Assembly: GCA_017654855.1 (NCBI GenBank)
Contig: CM030333.1
Location: 5,146,001-5,210,000, forward strand
Origin: Podospora anserina
Taxonomy: Eukaryota
Direction: 5' to 3'
DNA: 64,000 nucleotides
Position numbers and translations under genes: made by a program. Below the pieces are notes generated by a model. It saw only the letters and a list, made by a program, of their open reading frames with translations, was not told the DNA's origin and searched no databases. Positions 1-13,111 of the stretch are shown piece by piece (the first letter of the stretch is position 1; each line of letters starts with the position of its first letter).

Positions 1-559
1 TTTCACCACCTGTGCTGTTTTGCATGAACTACGCTTGGACGAATTCGGCATTGATCAAGATGTTAGTGCCAATTTCGACAGATCACCCACATGTAGGTAC
101 CTTAGGTACCTTGTGTCAAGAGCACAGCTACCTGCTGGTAATAAAGAAGTCGGTTGTTCAGTCTTCGACGAGTTTCTTGTTGGTTATGTCCACTGCACTG
201 GGCCGTTGTGCCAATTTGTGGGGAAGTGCTTCAAGGAGTGGGTAGAATCGACGTTAGATGACAGGTGCTAGAATCCGGGGCATGACCAGCAAACAGAACA
301 GAATCCACCCAGAAAGGAATCCACAACCAAGGGGTTGCATTACAACCAGGTCCTCATGTAACGCAGGGACCTCCATTGTCTCGCAAAGGACTGGAGTTGA
401 ATGCCTGGGCCAAGGATAAGGGGCAAATTCCGCTCCCTCCGAAGACCCAATACCACCTAGCTGGCAATGAACGGATTGGCATGTGGAAATCTATATAAGC
501 ACCTTTGTCGCCCAACGGAGGAAATTGATCCCAACCCTCTTGTTTGACCAGGCCTGTAA

Positions 560-1589
<1,030 letters not shown>

Positions 1590-1786
1590 GTTGTTGGATT
1601 TGACCTTGGACGTTCTGGGGTGGGTTCTCACCATGCGGTCTCAAACTTCGATGGACAGTAAGGGAAAGTCTGTAAGGTAGATAGGATAAGGGGACGCCTC
1701 ATGCTTCATGTACATAATTGCACCCTGGCATGCCATCACGGTATGTGGTACAAATACTCGTTTTCATCATCAAAAGCTTCGATCGA

Positions 1787-1806
1787 TGTGTGTGTCTGTG
1801 TGTGTG
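1787..1806. repeat. Imperfect (TG)n microsatellite
   Basis: tgtgtgtgtctgtgtgtgtg. Confidence 0.7.
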
Positions 1807-2702
1807 CAGAATCCTGATGTTTTGGACGGGATGCCCTGGTGGGCTGAGATGTCGAGAGATTGAAAAGGCTGTCTGTGGTGTGTGTAGCTGGGGTGTCTGC
1901 GGTGTCAACGAATAGGATGAGTGGTAAGAACCTTGCATCTTTGCCCTACAGTCACACCACCGTCGCCTGCTTTCTCCTCAGGTCCAACCAAAATGCCGAC
2001 ACGGTGAGACAGGAGACAGGGCTGTGTCTCTGATGCCCTGGTAATATAAACACAGCTGGTAGGTAGCTAGATTCACAACATCGTCGAAATGGATGGCCGG
2101 CCGAGTGTGATCAGGTAAGCTCGCATCAAGCCAAAGAGGGAAAAGGCATCGAGGCGGTACATCAGGAACCTCGCCGCTATTTTCCCCGCACAAAGCGACC
2201 CTAAAAGCCCACACCGCTTGCCTCGTTGAGATAAGGCCCTGTTGCCCTGAAGAGTGAGAACCAAGGATTGACCAATGGCGGTCTTGGCCCGTTCGCCATC
2301 GTTTTCTTGGCCTCCCCCTGCAAGAATTCCACCGGTCTCTTGCCCTCGATCGAGGACCAAACCAAGTTCGGACCATGACAGCAGAAGCGGGGTCGGCAGT
2401 TCAGCCTATGGGTTGCCATTGGTGATGATGGGTGATCTGGTTCCTGCGGTCTGCCAACGGCCAGCTTTGAGAAGCGTCACGTTGGCGCCCACGGTACCGG
2501 AGCTGAAGGGGGTGCTCGGAGAGTAAAAGAAGGACCGGGCTCCATATTTTGATCCTGTCCTTTTCCCTCGCTCTCAACCGTTGCTGACAGCCAACCTTTT
2601 CTGCCCGTCCACGACAGGGTCAACCCACCATCTGTGTCCTTTCACCGATTCACTAGATGCCAGCACCCTGCGGCTCATCAACGTGGTCGACAGCAACGTA
2701 CA

Positions 2703-4004
2703 ATGGCGAATAATTCCCCCCGTCGACCCCCATCGGGGATCAAGGTCATCGTGGTCGGAGCTGGCTTCGCGGGTCTTGCTGCGGCCATTGAATGCGATCG
2801 GAAGGGCCACTCCGTCACACTGTTTGACAAGGTCGATAACATTGAAGAGATCACCAGGATCGGCGATATCATCTCTTTCGACCCGAATGGCTCCGTTGCC
2901 TTCGAGCGCTGGCCAGGTGTTGTGGATCAAATGGAAGCCATTGCCCGCCAGACTAAGCACATTGACCTATATCACCACCAAGGCAAGTTTGTCACGCGGC
3001 AGGACTTCTCCCACGAGAAGGCATGGGGAAGAAGGATCAATGGCCACCGAGGGCAATTGCACAACATCATATACCGACATGCTGTGGATCGTGGTATCGA
3101 CATCCGCCTCGGGAAGCGGGTCGAGGACTACTTTGAGCAAGACTCGCCCCCTCAGGCCGGTGTGGTGGTGAACGGAGAGCGCATCGCGGCGGACGTGGTG
3201 ATCGCGGCCGAGGGAGTGAGATCGCGAGGGAGGAAGATTGTGCTCGGTTTTGACGAAAACCCAAAGTCGTCCGGGTACGCCGTGTACAGAGCCTGGTTTC
3301 CGGCCGACCGGGTGCGCAATAATCCTGTCATCAAGCATCTGGTTGAGAATGGCGACACGCACCAGGGCTTCATCGGGCCGGACATCCACTTTCTGGCCTC
3401 CACCATCAAGAACGGGACCGAGGTCAACTGGGTCTTCACCCACATTGACGATGGGAATATCGAGGAGTCATGGCAGTTTCCGGGAAAGCCCGAGGAGGCG
3501 CTCAAGTATCTTGAGGGGTGGTGCGATGTCGTGCATGAACTGGTCAAGGCGACGCCTGATGGAAGACTGATAGACCATAAGCTGGTGTACCGGGACCCCC
3601 TGCCGACGTTCATCTCACCCAAGCGGCGGATTGCCTTGATTGGCGACTCTGCGCATCCGTTCCTGCCCACGTCGATTCAAGGAGCGAGCCAGAGTATCGA
3701 GGATGGCGTTGTATTGGCGACCTGTCTAGAGCTCAGCGGTAGACAGAACATCCCGCGAGCTCTAAAGGCGTACGAGAAACTTCGATACGCACGAGTACAT
3801 CGGGCACAGGCCAATGGCCCAAAGATGAGAGAGAGGTGGCACAAGGCAGACTGGAATGAGGTGTGGAAAAAGCCAGAGATGATCCACCTCATTCGGGAAA
3901 CGTGGCTGCTGAATTTTGATGCCGAGAAGGATGCATATGACAGGTTCTCCAGTGTCCTCGAGGAGTTGGAGAGAGATGAACAGCAAATCAAACCAAGGCT
4001 GTAA
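2703..4004 (+). CDS. FAD-dependent monooxygenase (salicylate hydroxylase / MAK1-like, group A), intronless
   Basis: VIVVGAGFAGL (GxGxxG), DG-type motif ADVVIAAEGVRS, GD motif ALIGDSAHPFLPTSIQGASQSIEDG; first ATG at 2703. Confidence 0.93.
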   Translation: MANNSPRRPPSGIKVIVVGAGFAGLAAAIECDRKGHSVTLFDKVDNIEEITRIGDIISFDPNGSVAFERWPGVVDQMEAIARQTKHIDLYHHQGKFVTRQDFSHEKAWGRRINGHRGQLHNIIYRHAVDRGIDIRLGKRVEDYFEQDSPPQAGVVVNGERIAADVVIAAEGVRSRGRKIVLGFDENPKSSGYAVYRAWFPADRVRNNPVIKHLVENGDTHQGFIGPDIHFLASTIKNGTEVNWVFTHIDDGNIEESWQFPGKPEEALKYLEGWCDVVHELVKATPDGRLIDHKLVYRDPLPTFISPKRRIALIGDSAHPFLPTSIQGASQSIEDGVVLATCLELSGRQNIPRALKAYEKLRYARVHRAQANGPKMRERWHKADWNEVWKKPEMIHLIRETWLLNFDAEKDAYDRFSSVLEELERDEQQIKPRL

Positions 4005-4269
4005 ATATGCTTTCCTTGCTTGTTTGTATCCCGGTGTCGATGAAACGACGGTCGAGAGATTTTCTTATTAAATGAACATCTAGGTAGCGAACTGTCTCGC
4101 GGTAGAAGTAAAGCCTGGGGTGATGGTCCTATGCCAAGATTGTAGCCCCTGAACCCCTGATTTAACCCTGAACCCCTGAGAAATGGTGGAGAATGATGTA
4201 AACCCCACTCTAATTTGTAGAACAATGTAGGTGAATACTACTACTATCTCTTCTGATAAATAAGGTGCG

Positions 4270-5241
4270 TTAGCGAACTCCTCCCAGGGCCCCCATTGTC
4301 ATGCCTGCCAAAACCGGCATCGCCATCGTCCATGACCTTGCCAACCCTCTTCCCTCATATTCTTGCTCAGGCTTAGACCATCTGCCACCCGCAAACTTCC
4401 CACAGCCGTAGCCCCCATAACCAAATCCATACATCTTGGACCCTGGTCTGAGATATCTGCCCTTCGGCTTGCTATAACCATATTCCGACTCGTCGTAGAT
4501 AATCTCGTCGAGGTAAGGACTGATCGGCTTGGCGTCGGCCACACCTGGGAATGTGTGACCAGGTGCCTCGAGATACATGTGCGTCCTGTTCTCGTCCTTG
4601 CCCAAGAACGCTGGGCGGGAGGTGTGCATGGCGGTGGCCATCCCCCTGCGGAGGATGCGATGTTGACGGTACATTTCTTTCTCCTTGAGAGCCCTCTCGG
4701 CCCGTGCTGAGACACGCTCGTCATGTGTCGTACCAGTAAGTGTATCCTTCAGCTTTCTCGCTAACGAGCGCTTTCCTGAGGTGTCACTGCTCTTGGAGTC
4801 AGAGCCAGAGTCGTCCGTTGGTTCGTCAGACAAGTCATCGGCGCTGTCCAGAACCGTCTCGGAAATTTGAAGACGGACCTTGTCCTTCTCTGCCTCGTTG
4901 AGTGACGAAAGAAATTCGTAGTCGTCATGTGGATGGTGCCAGATGGATCTGGGGTTGGGGTTGTAGTTGGTGTCAACGAAGAACTGGTGATGCGTGTCTG
5001 GATCAAATTCCCTAACCCATCCAGAGGGAACGGGGCGAAGTTCGTCTTCCATGCTGCGGCGGGCTTGCATTGGAATGGCGTCTTTGTGTTGGAGTGCTGT
5101 GGTTGTTGAGATGGTCCCGGAGCTGGTTGAATTGGTTTCGTTGTTGCCAGAGAGCGACGACTGTAATGCTCCAGAGTGGATTGCGGGTGGTGAGCCTCTT
5201 TCTACCTTGGTGCTGCTCGAACGTGATGGCGATACAGACAT
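4270..5241 (-). CDS. WW-domain-containing protein
   Basis: PVPSGWVREFDPDTHHQFFVDT...PRSIWHHP WW-like motif; S/T-rich N-terminus and G/Y-rich C-terminus; ATG at 5241 in cacaATG context. Confidence 0.8.
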   Translation of the reverse strand: MSVSPSRSSSTKVERGSPPAIHSGALQSSLSGNNETNSTSSGTISTTTALQHKDAIPMQARRSMEDELRPVPSGWVREFDPDTHHQFFVDTNYNPNPRSIWHHPHDDYEFLSSLNEAEKDKVRLQISETVLDSADDLSDEPTDDSGSDSKSSDTSGKRSLARKLKDTLTGTTHDERVSARAERALKEKEMYRQHRILRRGMATAMHTSRPAFLGKDENRTHMYLEAPGHTFPGVADAKPISPYLDEIIYDESEYGYSKPKGRYLRPGSKMYGFGYGGYGCGKFAGGRWSKPEQEYEGRGLARSWTMAMPVLAGMTMGALGGVR

Positions 5242-5854
5242 TGTGGCACTTTTTGGCAAAGGCGGGAGGGGATATAAGTAGAGATTTACCCGAAACACAC
5301 AGGCTGGAATGCAGTTGGCAAGCAGCTGTAGTAGCATGTGAAGAGAATAATCTGAAAAAAACTCGGGCGGTTGAAGTGAGTAAGATTCAAAGCTTGAATG
5401 CGGAAGAAGGGACACACCTGCTTGTTAGTGTGCTCTGGAAGCCAATCTGACATGATAGCAGTCAGACGTCATGTAGCTGTCAAATCACTATTGCATCGAA
5501 AGTGGGTTTGGACACAGAACTACTGCAAAGCCAGTGCTGGCTCATGTGAGCGACGAGCCAGCTGCGCATATAGTCTGGGACTCGTCTACATTAATTCGCG
5601 ATTGGAAGTCAAAATGGTCGTGTTTGCAGAAAAACTTTTACATAAATATGTGTATCAAGAAAGAGATCGAGGCCCTTCAAGGCATGCATCCTCCGGTTCG
5701 AAAGTCCCTTCCCATAGCACGTGAACATTGCGCAAGTCCGTTCACTATGCTAGCATACAGAATAATTAGTACTCCATTGAAGTCAAATACAACGTACAAT
5801 AACTATCACCTCACACCTTCTTTTGTCCACGAGGTGACCAGGTACCCTACCTAA

Positions 5855-6817
5855 TTATATTGCCTGCCTTCCCCTTACGTTGAAGAGCTCATACTCGTCA
5901 CTGGTATTGTCGGTTTCCGCCATCATCAAATCGGGATGCCTTCTCTCCTGCTGCCGACCTGCCTTCAGCATCCCAGGGCTTGCCATTCTATGATCTCTAT
6001 CCACCCTGATTTCACCAAGTTCGGAAGGCGTTACATATCTCGGTCTGATTCCCGGAGCAGCTTCTTCCACTCTGCGATGCGGCAGGGGAGCTGTGTGTAG
6101 GACGTATACACACTGAGGACAGTATCCATCGGTATTGATATTTCTGTGACGATGGTGACACCCTCTACACCAACGCGCGTGAGGATGGGCATGAGAATGT
6201 AGAAGCCTGTCTCGCAGTGTGGTGCCAAGGGCCACTCGGGGTTGGGGTGGACCCTCGCCAAAGACCCGGTTGTACGAGATAGGCCGGAGGCTATGCCGGA
6301 CACCGTGAGGTTGCCTCGATGGTGATGGCGGTGGAGAGTGCCGCGTCCGGACGTAGCGGCATCCTGGGCTTGGGGCAACCGGTGCACCAGGCGAGATGCT
6401 ACGAAAATAAGGTCGGTCGTGATCCTCTCCTTCGACACCCCCAATGATAGCCCGAACAGGAGAGGGATTGCGGAAGGGAGGAGAGTGGCGTGTGGGCGCA
6501 AGCGGATGTGGTGGATATGTTTTCAGCTGGTAGCCTGCCTCACGAATGATCATGCTGGCGCCTGGGGCATTGTATATGATGGTGTTAGAGGATTCGTAAG
6601 CGGCTTCCGGGGGTTGCTCCATGTGACCCAAGTTGACAATTACCTTCACCGGGCGATCGGAGTCCCTACGAATCGCAGGAATAAGGCGGTGAGAAAGAAA
6701 AGCATCGATGGCATCCAATTCGGAGACTTCACGTGTCACAGCGTTCCCGATGTAGGGCGCCGTCTTGCGATAGGGATAATGCCTTGCCCCATATGGTTCA
6801 GGTCGGTGATGTGCCAT
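5855..6817 (-). CDS. Hypothetical P/R/H-rich protein with small CxxC...CxxC motif
   Basis: 320-codon ATG-initiated ORF; WCRGCHH...GYCPQCV; no family recognised. Confidence 0.6.
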   Translation of the reverse strand: MAHHRPEPYGARHYPYRKTAPYIGNAVTREVSELDAIDAFLSHRLIPAIRRDSDRPVKVIVNLGHMEQPPEAAYESSNTIIYNAPGASMIIREAGYQLKTYPPHPLAPTRHSPPFRNPSPVRAIIGGVEGEDHDRPYFRSISPGAPVAPSPGCRYVRTRHSPPPSPSRQPHGVRHSLRPISYNRVFGEGPPQPRVALGTTLRDRLLHSHAHPHARWCRGCHHRHRNINTDGYCPQCVYVLHTAPLPHRRVEEAAPGIRPRYVTPSELGEIRVDRDHRMASPGMLKAGRQQERRHPDLMMAETDNTSDEYELFNVRGRQAI

Positions 6818-7112
6818 GGCTTAGGCTCAAGTGGGTGGGTGAAAAAGGACAGAGAGCGAATTCGGGCAAAAGAAAGAGCTGTTCAAAGGGGCCAGGAGGG
6901 GCAAATGTAGGGGTACTACGCAGTCGAGCGTGTCAAGGGTAGCTACCTATATTCTGTCTCACAACCTAGAGTAGTACAGCGAAACCGGACAGCATCTTCC
7001 GTGAACCAAAGTCTTGCGTGATGAAGTGTGTATTTCTTGTCAGGGCCTTTCAGTTGATTTGAGCTGTATCTAAGAGAACATGAGCAAGGTTACCATATCC
7101 TCTTTCTACCAT

Positions 7113-7764
7113 CTAACCTTGAATTTCAATCTTGCGAGCCCCCGTCTTTTCAGCCTTGGGCACGAGGATATCCAGAATGCCTTGGTTGAATTTGGCCTTC
7201 ACCTTGTCTTGGTCGATGTTGTTGGGAAAGTTGAAGACGCGGGAGAACTCTCCAAATGAACGCTCGCTCAGCCAGTACTTGGGTCCCGAGGATCTATCCT
7301 TGGAATCTTTGGTGTCCTTGGAATCCTTCATCTTCACTTCACTGTCTTTACCTTTGGCGCCTTCTATCTTCTTGGATGAGTCGGAGCTGCCCAGGCGAAG
7401 CGATGGGTCACCTTCCTCGTGCTTGCGTTCGGTGTGGCCACTGACAACCATGGTCTGCGGGCTGGGAGATACAAAGTTAGGGATGGGTTGGGAAGAAGGG
7501 GAAAATGGGGGAGGGGTACTCGGTAAATCGAATTTCGACATTTTCAGGCGAGACACCTGGGAGCTCCCCTTGCAGGGTATAATCTTTGTCGTGCTCGGTG
7601 ACGTCGAACTTTGGCGAGAAGTTCTGGAGGCTGGTGCTGCTGTCGGCATGGTGACCTCCGAGCTCACGGGCGTACTTGTCGAAGTCATCCAACATGCGAA
7701 AGAGTGACGAGAAGCCAGGCGTTGGAGAATTGGCGTGGGAGATGCGGGGGTACCAGAGAGACAT
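7113..7764 (-). CDS. hsp30: Small heat-shock protein (Hsp20/alpha-crystallin, Hsp30-like); exons 7764-7520 and 7461-7113
   Basis: FSPKFDVTE..YTLQGELPGV and YWLSERSFGEFSRVFNFP..IDQDKVKAKFNQGILDILVPK; intron 7462-7519 (gtaccc..ctaac..cag) restores FTD-PQTM. Confidence 0.93.
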
Positions 7765-8049
7765 CTTGGGCGGAGTTCTGTTTGAGATCCTGGGACCGGT
7801 GATGCTATGTGCGAGCCGGCGGGTAGTGGCTGACTTGGGAGCTCTTGAGCGGAGAAGAGTGGGAATCTTGCCGGTAAAAGTGCGCGATGACTGCATGAAA
7901 CCTTGGCTGAAGGGCAGGTTGAAGACAGCCTATCTTCTTACATTTGGCAAGCAAGCAGACAGCTATATACCAGCTCTCGTCTCTCCTCGTCTGCTTTGAC
8001 ATTCCTCTCGGTTGATGGTCTCCGTCATGTTGGCTGTCCCCTGGCCTTG

Positions 8050-8059
8050 TTCTCGAAGC
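8050..8059. promoter_or_regulatory. Possible heat-shock element upstream of the sHSP gene
   Basis: gTTCtcGAAg (nTTCnnGAAn) about 285 bp upstream of the ATG, beyond a TATA-like site near 7963; only two units. Confidence 0.35.
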
Positions 8060-8937
8060 GTTTGATGCGTAATGTGGTCGTCGTGACGATAAAATGAACT
8101 GACCTGGACGCGCTGTGGTTGCTCCATCTGAAATCCCAACGCTGCACAGACGGGACCCACCAAGAACTGAATCCGACCGTCGCCGCCCGGAGGACGGGAG
8201 TGGAGACGGGAGGCTCCGGGTGTGAGGCCGGATGCTATCTGGCCAGTTCCGGGAAAGAATACTCTCTGGACCGATTAAAGACCCATCCCCTCAGCAGTCA
8301 AAGACAGCGGAGAAAGTCCGAAAGAAGTGTGATGTGATTGGATCTGTGGAATGACAGGGCCGGACCTTTTCAGCCGACAAGCCCTGGTTTTGGTTACGGT
8401 GCTAGCTCGAAATAAGCAGCAGCTAATCTGTAAAGGGTAACGTGGACTTGTAACAGTGATGTCATAGGCAACAATCCTTGGATGCTGCCCGTGGGATGCC
8501 ACCCCGCAGTTTGACCACCGGGGAAAGGGCGGGAACCTCTTGGTCCTTGTACCAGCTTTTCATTTTCTGCTTGCTGCCTCGAGTGCCTCTTGATCCGTAG
8601 GTGGTACGCACTGATCAGGGAAGGGCTTGTTCCCCGCCGAGCTGCACATCCACCGATCACCCAGCCAGTTTGATGACTGAACCTCCCCACACTCCCATTA
8701 TTCATCATTGTGCAGGATTACCACCAAACATCGTACGATTCTTGCATCCCCCAGCTTCTCGACTGCCCGCTTGAGCCCTCTCCCTCCAGCGCGACGGGCG
8801 CACCAGCCCACACCGCACCTCACCACCCCTCCCCGACCGACAAGTAGAGCAGTTTCCAGACTGCCGCAGCGGCCCGCTAGGTAGCCCACTTGCTCCGGCC
8901 CGGGCTCAACCAGTCAGGTCCGTTTTTCGGCTTCAAG

Positions 8938-11478
8938 ATGGCCGACTTTGCTGGTGGAGGGACTGCCCCCGCCCATCCAGACCTAGGTCTTCTTTTTGAT
9001 CTCTCGCCTCTGCCTTCGCTCCTCCTTTCGCCCTCGTGGCGCATCACCAGAGCCTCTGCGCGCTTCCTCGAAGAATGGAACCCCTCCCCCGAGGCCTGCG
9101 TTGGCCAAGAACTGCTGGCCTTTGTGCAGAACCAACTCTCTCCATCCCCCGTCCACCTCAAGTTTCTCACCACGGCCATCGACGATGCGATTGCCTTGCG
9201 CACAGAGCGAACCTCGATGCTGATCAACACGAGGCGCTCCGTTTCCTGGAGGGCACGTGTGATACCGTATTTCAAGGGCGATGAGCTTTTGGCCATTGTC
9301 ACGGAGTGGCAGAAGAACTTGTTCACAGACGACGAGGTCCAACCCGGCCTCTCCACCGATGAGGCTTTCCGCATCCTTGTTCAGGCAGTCAAGGATTATG
9401 CGATATTTCTACTCGATACCACAGGCAACATCGCGACGTGGAACACGGGCGCTGAACTCCTGAAGGGCTACCGACGGGATGAGATCGTCGGCAAGCACTT
9501 TTCTGTTTTTTACGGCAAGGAGGATCTGGACAGCAAGAAGCCAGAGATGGAGTTGGAGATCTGCATGCGCGATGGCAGAGTGGAAGACGAGGGGTGGCGC
9601 TACAGAAAAGACGGCAGTCGGTTCTGGGCCAACGTCGTTATCACGGCCGTGTACAAAAACGGCGTTCATGTGGGCTTTGGAAAAGTGACACGAGACTTGA
9701 CGGAGCGCAAGTCAGCCGAGTCTCGACTAATTGCTGCCTACGAGGAGAGTGAGAAGCTCAAATCCGACTTTTTGGCCAACATGAGCCACGAGATTCGCAC
9801 CCCCATGCACGGCATGCTCTCGGCATGCGCCTTGCTTCTGGACACAAGCCTCTCGTCGCGGCAGCGCGACATTGTCGGCATCATGGACGAGTCAGGACAG
9901 GTGCTGCTGCAGGTTATCAATGACATCCTCGACTATTCCAAACTGGCGTCTGGGAGCTTTTCCATTCACTCGGACATTGTCGGCATCACGAGCATTGTCA
10001 CCTCGGTAGTACGAAGCGTGCAGGCGACATTGCCCCCATCTGTGCATTTCGAAATGTTTCTGGCGCCAGACCTCCCCAGGTCGGTGCAAGGCGACCCTCT
10101 GAGATACCGACAGATACTGCACAACATTGTTGGAAATGCCGCCAAGTTTACAGAAAAGGGCAGCATTCGGGTCAGGGCCGGCGTGCAGCGAGAGGACCAC
10201 GACAGCTATATGGTCATGACCGAGGTGACAGACACCGGCATTGGTATCCCCGAGGCTGCCGCTGCAAGCCTTTTCACGCCTTTCACCCAGTTCGATGCAA
10301 CCACAACAAAACAGTACAAGGGCACTGGACTCGGTCTGTCCATCGCCAAGTCATTGGCCGAGTTGATGGGGGGGAGCATCGGGTATCGCCCCAACCCCGA
10401 ACGGCACGGCAGTATATTTTGGTTTACGGCGCGGTTCAAAAAGATCAAGAGCCTTGAGCAAATTCAAGACTGGAAGAGCAGGTTGGTCCGGAAGGGCGGT
10501 GCAATTCTGGCCATGCCCGAGGCAGACGTGGTTAGCTTGCGACAAAAGCTGGCAGAGGTGGCTTCCATCAAGAGTCTACTGCTGGTGGAAGACAATGTGA
10601 TCAACCAGAAGGTTATGCTCGGTCTCCTGAGGTCTCTCGGCTTCAAGATCACTGCGCTTGCCTCCAATGGGTCCGAGGCGGTGAATATGGTGCGGAGCAA
10701 GCCCGCGGCCTACGACATCATCCTCATGGACATCAACATGCCCATTATGGATGGCCATCAAGCTTCCAAGGCGATACGGGACGCAGGCATCCTGGTGCCC
10801 ATCGTCGCCATGACAGCATACGCACTCAAGGGCGATAGGGAACGCTGCCTTGAGCACGGCATGAACGACTATATCCCCAAGCCGGTCGACAAGAAGTATC
10901 TCATCAAGGTTCTAGCAAAGTGGCTCCTACAAATGAAGGACTACAGGAAGATCTTTGACGAACAAATGAACAAGCTACGAAGCTACGAATCTTTGACTCC
11001 GAGTGCGAGGGGCCATGTTGCCGATCGTCTCCAGCAACTTTCATTAACTGTCCAGGGCGAAGAAGGCGAAGGAGGCGGAGCCGCCACACCATCTGATCGG
11101 TCGGTGGAACACAAAGACCAATCTGATTCCCATGGAGCACAGTCGTCAGACGACACCATCAATGTGGTCAAGCCTACCTCACAAGAGGAGCACCAGCACA
11201 CCAGCAGTATGGTATCTTCACCGCGTTTCGAGCCACTTTTGCCGCCAGTTCAGCTCGAAATGCTGGACTCCACCCAGGACATTGGCCTTATGGTGACTGG
11301 AGACATCGCGCCAAACGCTCGAGGGTCACAAATCTCCGCGGAAGCTGTCGATAGTGGAGGAGACACAGAGAATAGCACCAGCGGGACAACTGCCACCACA
11401 CCTTTAGATCCACCACTGGACTCGGACAAGAGCACTGCCGATACCACACATAGGGGGGCAGCCACCCTGCTACCATGA
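8938..11478 (+). CDS. Hybrid two-component histidine kinase (PAS/PAC-HisKA-HATPase-receiver), intronless
   Basis: PAS DYAIFLLDTTGNIATWN...RKDGSRFWANVVIT; H-box FLANMSHEIRTPMHG; N, G1, F and G2 boxes (NAAKFT, DTGIGI, FTPFTQ, GTGLGL); receiver LLVEDN..DIILMDINMP..KP. Confidence 0.97.
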   Translation: MADFAGGGTAPAHPDLGLLFDLSPLPSLLLSPSWRITRASARFLEEWNPSPEACVGQELLAFVQNQLSPSPVHLKFLTTAIDDAIALRTERTSMLINTRRSVSWRARVIPYFKGDELLAIVTEWQKNLFTDDEVQPGLSTDEAFRILVQAVKDYAIFLLDTTGNIATWNTGAELLKGYRRDEIVGKHFSVFYGKEDLDSKKPEMELEICMRDGRVEDEGWRYRKDGSRFWANVVITAVYKNGVHVGFGKVTRDLTERKSAESRLIAAYEESEKLKSDFLANMSHEIRTPMHGMLSACALLLDTSLSSRQRDIVGIMDESGQVLLQVINDILDYSKLASGSFSIHSDIVGITSIVTSVVRSVQATLPPSVHFEMFLAPDLPRSVQGDPLRYRQILHNIVGNAAKFTEKGSIRVRAGVQREDHDSYMVMTEVTDTGIGIPEAAAASLFTPFTQFDATTTKQYKGTGLGLSIAKSLAELMGGSIGYRPNPERHGSIFWFTARFKKIKSLEQIQDWKSRLVRKGGAILAMPEADVVSLRQKLAEVASIKSLLLVEDNVINQKVMLGLLRSLGFKITALASNGSEAVNMVRSKPAAYDIILMDINMPIMDGHQASKAIRDAGILVPIVAMTAYALKGDRERCLEHGMNDYIPKPVDKKYLIKVLAKWLLQMKDYRKIFDEQMNKLRSYESLTPSARGHVADRLQQLSLTVQGEEGEGGGAATPSDRSVEHKDQSDSHGAQSSDDTINVVKPTSQEEHQHTSSMVSSPRFEPLLPPVQLEMLDSTQDIGLMVTGDIAPNARGSQISAEAVDSGGDTENSTSGTTATTPLDPPLDSDKSTADTTHRGAATLLP

Positions 11479-11912
11479 TACGAGGTTCAATACCTCTTTC
11501 CCTTCTTCCTTGCGTTCTCTTTACTTGTTGTTTCTTCCTTTTTCCCTCTATGTTTCTTTTTGGCGCGATCAGGAGTTGACTATATGGTGCTTAGTGTACT
11601 TTGGCAAGCAGGCAATAACTTTTACTGCATTGATACCTATTTCATTTCTATTTTTGTGGGAGCAAGGGGGTCGAATTATTGAGTGCACTCGGTGATCGCA
11701 ACAATGTCTGTATGGATATGAAGTAGCACGCGGTGGTGATTCGGGACAGGAGTGGTGATTTGGCTTGCCTGAAAATGGCGAGACGTGGGTTTATGCAGCG
11801 AGTCTGGAGTTGTGGGCATCTAGATAAACAATACGAAATAGGATGTAGGGTGAAATAGTAACGATAAGGTATATTATCTCTACGGCAACATACTCCATGT
11901 ACAGTATAACAA

Positions 11913-11949
11913 TTTTTTTTTTAAAAAAAAATAAAAAACTTAAAAAAAA
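11913..11949. repeat. T10/A9 homopolymer and A-rich low-complexity tract
   Basis: Ten T followed by nine A, then taaaaaacttaaaaaaaa. Confidence 0.8.
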
Positions 11950-13111
11950 CTTGCCGAATGGACTTTCAGCGAAGGATACCTATCAAGCTTCTGATTGAGT
12001 TGGCTGCATGTTGCTGGACTACTACGCTCAGCCTCATCTCGGAGGCTAGGTATCCATCAGGCCGCAGATCAAGATCTGTATTAACCCACGCTGTGGTTGA
12101 AGCTGCGGCTCGCGGGCTTGGAGTTATGCAAACTGAAACAAGTGATACACGGAGCATATTAGTACCTGTTTGGGAATATGGAAATGTGCTGTTCAAGATC
12201 TGGCCTGTCGTGAGCTGAGGGGCGATGCAAGGTTCTTTTAATGTTTTATGGCCAGGCTGTGGCCGTTTACTCGGCACAGAATTGAACAGCACAATAACAC
12301 CCGATCAGATGGTTATATTGTGTTGGTTGGAACTTTGTGTCGGGCCCAATCCCACAGAGCAGGTCTCCGTCGGGTGTTGGAATGTTGATGGCAGTGCTTT
12401 GAGCAAGAAGACCCCGATGGGGAAATATGTGGGTGAACTGGGAAGTGTGTGGTCAGCTTACTTAGCGGCGCTAAAAATACAAGATGGGACGAAATTATGC
12501 CAGGAGCCATGATGTCTCCCTGTGGCACCATCCATATATCTGACAGCGGCTGAAGGTGAGTGGCCAAGAGCGGCGATCCAATCTTTCTTCAATTCTTTCA
12601 GTGAATGTGGATGCAAATACGTGTCCGTATGGTGAAACAAGTTACCAGGCAAAGTTGGATTCTCTGAAGATAGTAGGATGGGTGGGTTAATCATTGGGAC
12701 TGTCGCCGACAGTGAGCGCATCGCGCCATCCTGGGAAAGCGTTCAGAACTAGTGTGACCCTCAGGGCCTTTGCTGTCTGTTGACTGAACTCGGACTTGGG
12801 CCTTATTTGAAGGCCAGGTGCATCATCGTCGTTGGCCCTCATTTTGTGACAGACCATGGAACATGGACCGTTTTCTCAGTCCTATCCCCATTTTGGCGCG
12901 CTGAAATTGTTGGAAATTGTGTCCATATTCAAACATAACAAGTTGTATATAAGCCCGGGTTTCCGACGAGAGTGTGCCAACGTACTTGCGTCAACCATCT
13001 ACCAATCTTTTCCCTATCTTCCTCACATTCTTGACCCCAGCTTTCTTCATTTCCTCTCCGCCGGTCGGACCGCTAGAGTGTATAAGACTTTTCACCCCTT
13101 CCGCCATCACC

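Noticed and set aside
7132-7707. 191-aa plus-strand ORF over the sHSP, and the unspliced 7113-7688 minus-strand ORF
   Set aside because: The spliced model with canonical intron signals explains the locus
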